This document shows, one piece after another, positions 1 through 10,760 of a DNA stretch of 64,000 nt. The stretch's first letter is position 1. The number at the start of each line of letters is the position of its first letter. The translations under genes were made by a program, and so were the position numbers. The notes under the pieces were generated by a model. The model worked only from the letters and a program-made list of their open reading frames with translations, was not told the origin of the DNA and did no database searches. The stretch is from Glaucostegus cemiculus (lineage: Eukaryota): positions 11,408,001 to 11,472,000 of the forward strand of contig CDPCPM010000091.1 of the NCBI GenBank assembly GCA_976551045.1, given 5' to 3'.

Positions 1-226
1 AATCCTTCAACTGTTAATAGTCCATGAATACCTCACAGGACAAATGCCATTTCCTTGTGTGTCCTATCTGTTGTATTGCAGCTTGTGTGAAATGAACTGC
101 ACTAATCTGAGCCCTGTAAACATTGTACTGCCAAATCCTGATGAATATAAACAGTACAGAAATGTGACCTCAGTTTGAAGCTCCCTAGTAGACAACACAT
201 AAAACAGTTTCAATTCATTTCTTTAG

Positions 227-316
227 GTCTCTGCGTTTTCTACTTGGGAAAAGGAGTTGCACAAAATAGTGTTTGACCCTCGTTATCTCCTTCTAAACCC
301 TGAGGAACGTAAACAG
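227..316 (+). CDS. TCERG1L: TCERG1L internal coding exon (FF-domain region), 90 bp, phase 0-0
   Basis: Acceptor tttctttag and donor gtattt. Translates [30 protein letters not shown], which I recognise as the TCERG1/TCERG1L FF domain. Confidence 0.95.
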
Positions 317-1578
317 GTATTTCTTTTTATTAATATTAAATGCACAGAATATGTTTCAACAAGTGGGATTAATCTTTAATGAGGAAGTAAATATTTTATA
401 ATGGACGTATATCCTTTTGGAGTAAACAAAAGAAGTCCAAGTCGAACAAAGTGTTCACAATGTTCTGAAGTATTTTCTGAAACAGGAAAATGTAAAAATA
501 AATCTTCAACTATCAATGTAGCTGAACAACATTCTGAAAAGAGTATTTTAGTAGTGCCTGTTTTTTTTCAGCTGCTGCCATTACTTATTTTTTTCTCAAA
601 ACATGTTATTGTTTCTTTTAAGCAAGCCAGAGTGCTAAAATTATGTAAACCCTGCGGTTCTCTCTTTTGTTTAACCAAATGCATCTAAAAAGGGGCTTTA
701 AATTATTCAATCCTGTATATAAATCATTCTACGGAAAATGACATGTTAACTCAAGCATTTAGCTCTCAATTAGAAAAGCATAATTTTGAGCAGTCAAGCT
801 GCATGACGCTTAAGCTCAGTTGTGGTGTTCTGGCGCGCTTTATCCTTTTTGCTCAAGCCAAGTGTACCAGATAGATTGCATTGTACAATGAGAGCTTCCC
901 ATCATGAACAAGAAGAGGAGTGGTGTACTTCAATGTGGACCCTTTAAATTGCACTTGCTGTTGTAAGGTACTTGAGTATTATTGATTACAATAGCTAAGG
1001 TAGGTTCATATTGTATCGGCACCGGCACTTCCAACATAGGAGAATGCAGGCCAGCAAGTTTGCATCTTATTTTATGGATAACCCTAGATTTTGAACAGGA
1101 CTTTGAACGGCAAGTTTTGTTATCAGGCACGTGATTTATAGGGAATCTGCACCATGAGCAGAAAAAGCAACAGAAGCCAATGGAGACTGAAGATTTCTTC
1201 TCCCTGCATCTTCCCAGAGAGAAATGGTGTGGAGTAATGGACACGAAACCCAGACATGATAGATTAGCTACAGGATATCCTTTGCTTTTTTTTTCTCCAG
1301 GATTCCCTACTAACTGCCAGCCAGATTGACAGGCAGTCCACCCATCAGGTGCGAGAGCATTTAATGAAAGAATGCAGCAGCACAGCAAGTTGGGAGAGAT
1401 CTCTGCCCGGCCACTAATGTAGGCACGTCAGAGATCATGGGGATTAAACTCAGCAATGGAACATGCTAGGAGAAAGCCAACAGTTGTCCAGTTGCACATG
1501 ATGGTAGGGTATCCAATGCCTGATCCATCTCTACAAGCCAATTGATTTCCTGCCTTTGATCTTAGGGCAACTACTCAT

Positions 1579-1918
1579 GGTGCAGATGGTGTAGCTGACT
1601 CACAGCTCCAGCACCCTGCCTTTGATTCTGACCTCTGGTGTTCTCTATGTGGAATTTGCATGTTCTCCCTCTGACGATGTAGGTGCCCCTGAGATGCTCC
1701 AGTTTCTTCCCACATCTAAAAAAACCTTTCTGGTTGTTAGGTTAATTGGCCACTGTAAATTACTCCTGGTGTAATCCTATAAAATCCCACAGGGTTATTA
1801 ATGGGCATGTGTGAACAACTGGATTAGAAGGAGATAAATTGGTTGATAGTATTGGTCTGAGAGTTCCCTGAGAGTTGATGGGCCAAATGGCCTCATTCTC
1901 TGTTGTCAGGAAATATGA
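1579..1918 (+). mobile_element. Old tRNA-derived V-SINE (HE1-like)
   Basis: Decayed tRNA head, V-domain core tgtggaatttgcatgttctccc...tttcttcccacatc...aggttaattggccactgtaaatt, and CR1-like tail gatgggccaaatggcct. Confidence 0.8.
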
Positions 1919-3493
1919 AAAAAAAATCTTTGTTAAACCTGGATTTATTGTGTGTTGAGCTCCTAGTTCAACCAGAGCAATTTATCCTTGAGGGATAAAC
2001 ATACTACATAAGAATACAAACAATGTATAAAGTAAAGAAATAAAAATAAGAATTAATTGTACATTTACGTACAGAAATAAAGTAGAGGAGAACAGAAAGG
2101 ATAGGAGTGAGAATAAGTGAGAGACATATAGGAGACAGAAAGAAAAAGTTAAAAAAAATATTTTTTCAAAGAAAACTCAACTACTTAAATTCTGAAAATA
2201 TGAGACTTCAGAGCTGTAAAATTAAAATTCAAGGGACCAAGTGATCACTTATTAGTAATTATTATGGAATTAAAAATGGACTAACACCTGAATGCACCAG
2301 CCCTCTGTGTTCTGCCCTCTTCAGTGACTTGCCACCAAGTAAGTCTTGCAACTTTATGCACTTATATGAATTTCAAATCTGTTTATAATGGTGAGTTGTT
2401 GTAACAGCACAGACTATATGGAGGACTCAGTCTGTAACATACAGATTTCAACATTTAGCTTCACACGTGTGAACTCTGGAATTTGCTGTCAATAATAGTA
2501 ATGAGCATTATTAGCCTCATCATTATGCTTATTATTAATTATAAGAGTGCCTTGATTGAACTCAGTTTGTTTGTATTGATTATCTTTCTGCTGTTTTCCT
2601 TCAAAGATGATGAACTGGTACTTTTTCATAAAATTAATTCAGAATCCATCTTGATGTTATTTTTCCAAATATTTTGTTCTTATTGTGTTTATTTATATTT
2701 GCTTGCTATAATTACCCAGTTTTTACTTTGAATTTCTGAATACTTAGTAGCAACTATCTTCCTAATGTTGAATAATGAGATTCTACAACCTAAAGGGAAT
2801 ACTCTTAATACAAAATTCCAACTCCTCTTTCAAAACAGCAATCTTGATGTCAATATAGATACTGCGTTTTGATAATATTTTGTTTGATTTAATTAATTTA
2901 AATTTAATTTTAACCACGAGCACCTAAGAAAATAGTAAACAAAAAGTGTTGTATGCTACACTAACCCACCATGGAGTTACCCATTTCCAATCATTTGTTT
3001 CCTGATGTCTCAATGCCCATGCAGACAGGATACAGTAGTGGATAAAGGCTTATATAATCCAAGCCATCAATGAACATTAAGCCACATTGTAAGCACCATA
3101 TCCATTAATAATGAGTAATGGACAGAACAGTTCATTTTTCCTTATCTGTATATTGTTTTTGGCTTATAACACTTTTATCTCAAATGATTACCTTCATCTT
3201 TTTCCTTTCTTTCTTAGTTTTTATTGCATGGCATCATCAACATACAATGCCTGAACCTTTGAATAAATATAAGATTCAGAGCATTCCAAGAGCTATGAAA
3301 TAAATAGGTTATTTATATTTCCTAATACATAACACAAGTTAAAATTAATTTCTATAACTGGCATAAATGATAAATGATTCTTTTAATGGCAACATAAGTC
3401 ATTAAATTAAAGTTTTCATCTTGAAGTGAATTATAATGCAATTAAGAGCAACCTTTATTAGGCAACTCATGCTACATTGCTTTTAAATTAAAG

Positions 3494-3612
3494 ATTTTTG
3501 AGCAGTTTATCAAAGCAAGAATAAAAGAAGAATATAAAGAGAGAAAGTGTAAACTACTCCAGGCCAAAGAAGAATTTAGGAAACTCCTAGAAGAATCCAA
3601 ACTCACGCCCAG
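3494..3612 (+). CDS. TCERG1L: TCERG1L internal coding exon, 119 bp, ends in phase 2
   Basis: Acceptor ttaaag and donor gtatgt. Translates [39 protein letters not shown](R), in frame with the previous exon. Matches recalled TCERG1L ([16 protein letters not shown]) better than TCERG1 (VFDQYVKTRAEEERRE). Confidence 0.93.
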
Positions 3613-5669
3613 GTATGTCATTTCTAATGATAAAGGCAGACCAAGTCCAGATTTCTATTCAAAAATACATATTGTCTTCATTGTCTTGAATGATGCTATT
3701 TTGTTTTATTAAATTGATTAACAGCTTGATTTAAGAAAGATAAAGTGACATCTGCTTAGATGTATAGCGGAGCAAAGTAGAGATATGTATACACATGATC
3801 AAATGCTGTCGGGGACATAATCAGACTTGGTCTGTTGATAATCTGCCAAATATCACATCAAGGAAGATAACAATACTTGGATTTCTGCTGCAGATATCAA
3901 ATTATGGAGTAATATTCGATCAAGCTAGTTCTCATGTTTTTATTTTAATTTTGCTTTCTGCTCCTACTAGCAAGCCTGTGTTTCTGCTAAACAGAAATTT
4001 AACTTTGTATGCTCAATGTCTGAAACAGGAGATCACAGTGTGAACAGGGAACCATGTTACAAATACTGCAGAAGCTGCATGACATATTACTTGTAATTCT
4101 GAACAACTTAAACCAGTCCAACTTTACATACCAAGTCAAAATCTATCTTATTAAAGAAGGAAAATAACTTAGAACATTATTAGATTATCAAATTAGGCAA
4201 TAGGTTATTCTATAGTTTCCAGTGCTGAATAGCTTCAAGATTATGAAAGGCCTTACATTTGTATTTTAATAGTTACATATTTTAAAGGAGTAATCTTGGA
4301 TGCACCAGATTACCCCGTTCAGTGGAGTACTGGGATATGAAGTTCAATTCTGGAATCAGAGAACAAATAAATAATTTCTTGTCTTTTTTCCTGCTTGTGC
4401 TGCATTTTTGATTTAAGAAAGCCAGTGAAAAGAGGCAACCATAGCTCTTCCTGAAATAACTTAGAACCATGTTAATGCCATATGTTTTGGCTTTATTTGT
4501 ATATAGTCCAAATTTGTGTCATTATATGCAGCTTTACATCAAGTTTACAGCAAGTTGGGGAATTAAAAAAAATAGAGCTCGTTTCTCTGTGGTTTGATTT
4601 GAGAAGATGAGAGAAGCCAAACTGAGAAGTCATGGTGCTAGGAAGGAAGATGTAATTACAACATGAATTCTTTGCTAAGGTAGTTGCTACTGTAAGTGCA
4701 AATATAAAATTAGAGCACACAAAGGTGACACAAACCATAACAGAACAGAAGCAAGAATAACATTTTATAGATAGAACAATTTCAAAAATGGTGTCAGGGA
4801 ATATAATGGTAAATTGGTACATATCCTCACTGAAAATTAAGATTACAGCTCAAACACAGCAAAACCATCACCATTTTTGCTGTCAGCAGCAAAATGTCTA
4901 CGTTTGAGAGTGACCTTGAAATAAGCTGTCCACAAAGATCAAGTGATCTCTGTGGCATGGCCTTCCTTTTATCCAACATCACTTGCTTCAGGCAGCAGTT
5001 CCAGATTCTCAAGCCCAGCAGCAATAATCTCCTCAAATTAGTTGAGCAGCCGATCATTTTGAAGGATTCTCACCGACATCAAACCAAAGTAAAATGCACA
5101 ATTTTAAATTAAAATCTTAAGAAACTTTAGGTTCACGTATAATAAATTAAATTTCTTAAAAACAAAATATTAAGTTTTTATTATATTATTAACCATTATA
5201 CATTAAAATATTTTAAAGCAATTATAATTCACACAAACAAAAGTACAGTACATCCTGTTGAAATTGCTGACAATGTTGATGGTGAGCACCAACAGTTTAA
5301 ACAATACTCGAGCTGCAAAATCTGGGCCATTGCCAGACATCATTAGATTAATGGTATTCAGTATGTTATGATTGTGCAAGTATTCATCATATTTGTAAAA
5401 TGGTAATCAATAAACTAATCCCAAACCCCTATTATATCCAACTACATCTAATGCAAAGCTACCAGCTAAGTTGGAGACTTTAGCTGACAAATGCTGTTAC
5501 TCACAGGGAAGATTGTTAATTATTGAAACTAGTTGAAGAAGCACTTTGAACTAATTGCTCCTTGATATGATTTTTATTTACTCTGGATATTTCAAACTCT
5601 TGTCTTTGGGGAAAACAATTAGAATATATATAAAATAATATTTTCCCATGATTGAATGCATAAATTCAT

Positions 5670-7085
5670 GGAATTACAGTATGGTTACAGCACAGAAGGA
5701 GGCCATAAAACCCATCAATTCCAGCCTGTCACCATACAAGAGCAATTCAGCTAGACTACGCCATCACCTTTTCTCCAAGCTACTGCAAATTCTTTCAGAT
5801 ACTTACCTGGATATTTTTTTGAACATTAAAATTGAATTTTCCTCCCTTACTTCTCTGGCAATGTGTTAAAAAAAAACCTTCATGCTACTCTTGAGTATTT
5901 TCCCCATCACTTTCATTCTGTACTCCCTGGTTCTTGATGCCTCCACCAATTGGAACCATTTATCTCTATCGAGAAGCAAAAAAGAAACAACAGATGCAGG
6001 AAATCTGAAATAAAACCAGAGAATGCTGGAAATGCTCAGCAGCATCTGTGAAGAGAGAAACAGACATAATATTTCATGTCAGGGGCACTGTTTCTCTCTG
6101 CACAATGCTGCCTGACAGGTTGGGTAGCTCCAATGTTTTCTGTTTGTATTTCTCTTTGTCTTCCTTTACTTCCATCAAATCTCCATGCGACACCTTCAGT
6201 CCCCACAAGAACAATCCCAGCTTCTCCATTCCATCCACTTAACTCGAGCCATCATCCTTGAAATCATCTTGGTAGATCTCTTCTGCACCCTCTCCAGAAC
6301 CTTGACATCTTTCTTAATCGGTGACAACCAGAACCAGAATGAATATTCCAGCTGCACCCAACCAGTGTTTTAGACAGATTCGTCATGACTTCCTTGCTAT
6401 TGTACTCGACACTTCTATTTTTAAGGTTCAAGATCAGGTATATTTTTGCATATTAATTAGGAGCAATATCATCTCACTTGCACCCTCAAATCAGTCGCAC
6501 TAGTCAATGAGGCTGATCTGATTGTAACTGTAATTCCGGGTTTCTTTGAGCTCCTTTGCATATTAAGAATCTATCTCCCTCTGCTTTAAAAACATTTGAA
6601 GATTCTACTTCCAGCACTCTTTCAGGAAGAGATGATGATTCTCTGAGAGAAAAAAAATACCAAGTTTCTGTCATAAGTGGCCAACGCTTTAATTTTAAAC
6701 AATGACCTCTAATTCTATATTCTCCCACAAGAGGAAACATCCTCTTCACATCCTCCCTAGGAAGGTCCCTCAGTCCTTTTTAACCAAGTCTCTCACCAAT
6801 TTTTTAACCACTTTTTTAACCTGTGACTTTCAACAAATTCTGCACCTGTGACCCAGGTTTCTGTACCCCTTTCAGAATTGTGCCCTTGTCCATATTGTCT
6901 CTTCTAATTCTTCATACCAACATGTAACACATGACAATTCTCAGTACTAAATTTCATTAACCACCTATTCCAACAACCTCTCTATACCCCCTTGAAATCT
7001 GTTACTATTCCTCTTACAGTTCATTATACAGAGTTTTGAGTCAACTGCAAATTTAGAAATTGCACGGAGTCCAAATTCAAGAAGT
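5670..7085 (-). mobile_element. Cluster of decayed CR1 LINE 3' fragments
   Basis: CR1 3' UTR starts at 5670 and ~6490. ORF 6504..6749 reads MFPLVGEYRIRGHCLKL, the CR1 ORF2 C-terminus. Confidence 0.7.
5971..6152. mobile_element. Short fold-back element made of two inverted Penelope-like termini
   Basis: Left arm cagatgcaggaaatctgaaataaaaccagagaatgctgg...cagcatctgtg is mirrored by tttctctctgcacaatgctgcctgac...tgttttctgtttgtatttc. Confidence 0.65.
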
Positions 7086-7195
7086 GGCTCTTTGAACACC
7101 ACATTGAACACCGGTGAACACCACATTACACTTGAAAAACGTGATGATGCTGAAGGAACTCTGCAGACCAGGCAGCATCCGTGGAGAAAAGCAGG

Positions 7196-7233
7196 CGGTC
7201 AATGTTTTGGGTCAGGACCCTTCTTCAGGACTG
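7196..7233 (-). ncRNA. Decayed minimal hammerhead motif
   Basis: Reverse complement reads CAGTC CTGAAGA A GGGT-CCTG-ACCC AAAA CATT GACCG. GAAA and CG appear lost by CpG decay. Confidence 0.6.
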
Positions 7234-8132
7234 AAGATAGGAAAATGGGAGGTGGGGTGGGCACAAGGTGGTGATAGGGAGATGCAGGTAAGAGACAGTG
7301 ATAGGCAGGTGTAGGGGTGGAGGGGAGAGCAGATCCACCAGGAGATGGGTCAAAGGTAAGGAGAGAGAGGAAAAAAAAGGGTAGAAAAAAGAGAGGTAGG
7401 CTAGGAAAGGAAAGAGTAGAAGGAGCATGGTTGGGGGAGGGTGTCTGTGGGGATTAATTAAAGAGGGAGAATTCAATGTTCATGGCTGTTAGGCTGCAAG
7501 GTTCCAAGACAGAAAATGAGGTGCTGTTCCTCCGGTTTGTGCTTGGAACTCTCCTGGCAGTGGAGGAGGCCGAGGACTGACATACAGTATCTGTGATAGC
7601 CAAGTGTGGCCTCTTCTACATTGGGTGAGACCAAACGCAGACTAGGTGACCGTTTTGTGGAACACCTGCGCTCTGTCCGTAACCACGACCTGCATCTCCC
7701 CGTTGCCAGTCGCTTCAACTCCACCACCCCACACTATCACTGGTATGTCAGTCCTGCCAGGAGAATTCCAAGCGCAAACTGGGGGAACAGCACCTCATTT
7801 TCTGTCTTGGAACTTTGCAGCCTAACGGCACGAACATTGAATTCTCCCACTTTAAGTAATCCCCACACTCGCCCACCCCAACCATGCTTTATCTTTTCTC
7901 CCCTTTCCTAGCCTCTCTCTCTTTTTTCTACCCCCATTTTCTTTTCTCTCTTTGCCTTTGACCCATCCCCCAGAGGATCTGCTCTCCCCTCCTCCCCCAC
8001 ACCTGTCTATCACTATCTCTTACCTGCATCTACCTATCACCACCCTGTGCCCACCCCACCTCCCCTCTTTTGTCCATCTATCACTGCTCTGCTTTTCCCT
8101 GCAATATATTGGGCTTCCCCTTTTCCTATCTT

Positions 8133-8170
8133 CAGTCCTGAAGAAAGGTCCTGACCTGAAACGTTGACCA
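8133..8170 (+). ncRNA. Minimal type-I hammerhead ribozyme motif, core intact
   Basis: caGTC CTGAAGA A AGGT-CCTG-ACCT GAAA CGTT GAC: both core boxes, stem II, palindromic stem III (AACGTT), GUU cleavage triplet and 3-bp stem I. Confidence 0.72.
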
Positions 8171-9679
8171 CCTGTTTTTCTCCACGGATGCTGCCTGGCC
8201 TGCTGAGTTCCTCCAGCATCATAATGTTTCTCATTTATATTCCAGCATCTGCAGTCCTTTGTTTCTCCACCACTTTACACTTGCTTCCACTTGGAAAAAC
8301 AGTCCATTACTGCTATTTTCTGTTACCTGAAAATTAGCCTATCCACTTCAGCCACTTTTATTCCATGCCCTTTAAATATATAACTTTATGAAAAATAGTG
8401 ACATTTTTGTACCTGAGGTGTTTGCATATAGGTATCAAGCATCACTTCACTGTGTGAATAATTTGTGCTTAAAGGAACAAGGAAACAACTATATGGATTT
8501 TGTTATGCATTACATATCTTTAAGCCTCAGGGATTAATATCTCTCAATAAAAAATAATCATAAATGCAGAACAGTCATTGAAAAGGAAGAATTTGGTTAG
8601 TTTCCCTTCAGATTTGTTATTACATGATGTAGAAGCAATATTCTTTCAATGTCTGATTGCTGGAATATCCTTGCCTTGCAACAATTTGGCAAGTTCACTT
8701 TTGTTCATCATGCAGTTTGATCTTAGAGTATTTTGCTTGCTGATAAGGAATTCTACAGTACATTATATTCAGAATGTAACTTGGCAAATACTTGTGAGCA
8801 AATCCTGATGGCATGGGAGGTTAATATATTAAACTTTCATCTCTAGTCCTTGCCGTGAACTGAGTTCATGTTAATGGAATGAAATATGTTCTATTGCTGT
8901 AGGGATTGAATATTCATGGCACTTTCTAATTTGCATCCAGTTGTTTAGTGGGTACAGGCCCAGAACAGGAAATCTCATTCTGACATCTGCAAAGTGGCTA
9001 TTTCACAAAATGCAAGATCCATACTGGCTGGAGTTGAAGGAATGCTATTTGTGTTATCTATGGTTTGCAAAGTGCTTTGCAATGTCATGATTTAGCCTAA
9101 GTGGAAAATTTTTCATTTTCCTTTACTCACTGTAGCAAGTAAAACTAAAGAAAGTAAATAAATAATACATTCCTAAATAAAGCAAACTGTATCATGCTGT
9201 AGGTTTGCATAGGGCACCCATGTTTGCAAAACCTTGGTAGCATGCCTACCACTCATACGGCACACAGTATTTATCTGTATAATTAGAATTGACCATTGTA
9301 AAATATTTTGAAAATTAGTCCTGAAAAATTAGCTTTCAGGGATGAACCCCACACTGATTTTCGCTTTGGAAGATATTCTTTTGATTCTTGGCCTGCATTT
9401 TAAGATAGCTTTGGATATTGGATGTTAGATGTTCTCAGGCACATATCACGAAATTGCCGTTGTATTTAGGGCTGCCATATCTTCATCAGGAGCCAAGGGT
9501 AGAATCCAGGGCTGAAGAGAGGTGACCAGAAAGTGGAAATCATTCAGGAGAGAGAATAGAGATAAGAGGGTGCAATTGAAAAAGGGAAACAAATATGTGG
9601 CAGCGACAGATTGGGAAGGATCGCTGCTAAATTTGGCTTAACCACAAATACTACCAGACCCTATTCTGTTCTGCCAAAG

Positions 9680-10000
9680 CTGCTCAATATTCCAAGATCA
9701 TCCTGGAATGCACAGATAACTCATTGCTTCTCTTCCATAGAGTGAATGATCTTTTTAAGCCACATTCTTCCATCTCCCCCAGTCATAAAATAATTACCTA
9801 TATTGAGCCTATCAGTTTAACAGTGTCTGTTACTTCCTTCATTTCCCTTAACCCACCAGGCCAGGAATGTGAGGTTACCCTCAGCTCTAGCTCCAAACTT
9901 ACATAAGTCTACAGTTTCTCTGCTCATCTCCCTCACACCCTCTTTAAGCTTGTTTTGTCCATGAGATACACATCCTGCTTTATCAGCCCAAGAGTGCGAA
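9680..10000 (+). mobile_element. Ancient L2-clade LINE fragment
   Basis: Decayed translation SPHTLFKLVLSMRYTSC resembles the L2 ORF2 linker before the RT domain. Confidence 0.4.
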
Positions 10001-10009
10001 CAGTCAGAT

Positions 10010-10385
10010 ACAGTTTTAGTTAGAATGGGCATGGTTTGTGACAGTGACCAAAAATAATGGTTTTAGTTGTCCCAATATTGTATTAAGGAATTCTCTGTTC
10101 ATTCTGTGCTGTGTGTGGGACAAGCACTCCAGAAATTTAGAGACAGAGGAGGACTCAAGAAAGGTACTGGTGAGACTGAACTGGGTCAACCAAATTATAT
10201 GTGGAAACTTACTGATGATGATGAGGGCTAGCATGTGAAAAAGAAGGAGAGGGATCAGTATTGTTGAGAGGTACAAAAGGTTACAGTGTTAGTAGGGGAA
10301 TAGAAGCCACTGCAGGCGATTCACTGGCTATGACTTGATAGATAAGAATAAAACCAAGCAAGTGTAGTTCCATCCATCCAGTTAG
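10010..10385 (-). mobile_element. Ancient L2-clade LINE RT fragment
   Basis: Minus strand reads GTTLAWFYSYLSSHSQ followed by a decayed VPQ..ILxPLLF segment. Confidence 0.6.
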
Positions 10386-10399
10386 CAATGGAGGGGACT

Positions 10400-10760
10400 T
10401 AGCATTCTCAAAATGTCCCAAAGTATTCAATAGCTAATTATGTACTTTTGAACTGAATCAGTGTTTAAATTTGCACAAGCCAAGAACCTTCAAAGAACAC
10501 TGAGATAAATGACCGAATAATCAGTTTTAATGGCTATGTCTAAATGTTAAGTTACTCCAAAAGACATTCTGTTCTTGATATAATGCCAAGGAATGATTTG
10601 CATCCATCAGAAATGGCTTACAGGTCCTCTCCTAGTACCTCTCACAATTCAACACACTCTCTGCAGTGAAGGGTCAGCATGGGTTTTGTGCTAGAGCCTC
10701 TGGAATGGGGCTTGAACCCTGACACTTCTTTCTCCAAGATAAGAGAGCTCTAAGTAAACA
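10400..10760 (-). mobile_element. Old DeuSINE-like (AmnSINE/SacSINE-type) SINE
   Basis: tRNA-like head on minus strand (ggggcttgaaccc = B box), with a body resembling the Deu domain and similar to 56120-56420. Confidence 0.55.

Larger units (their letters stand above)
7135..8268 (+). mobile_element. Penelope-like retroelement 3' part with inverted partial copy (GIY-YIG remnant)
   Basis: Centre encodes CGLFYIG/ETKRRLGDRFVEHLRSV (GIY-YIG endonuclease). 7135-7585 is approximately the reverse complement of 7745-8230. Confidence 0.88.

Noticed and set aside
227-3612. Assignment to TCERG1 rather than TCERG1L
   Set aside because: Second-exon residues ([19 protein letters not shown]) match recalled TCERG1L, not TCERG1.
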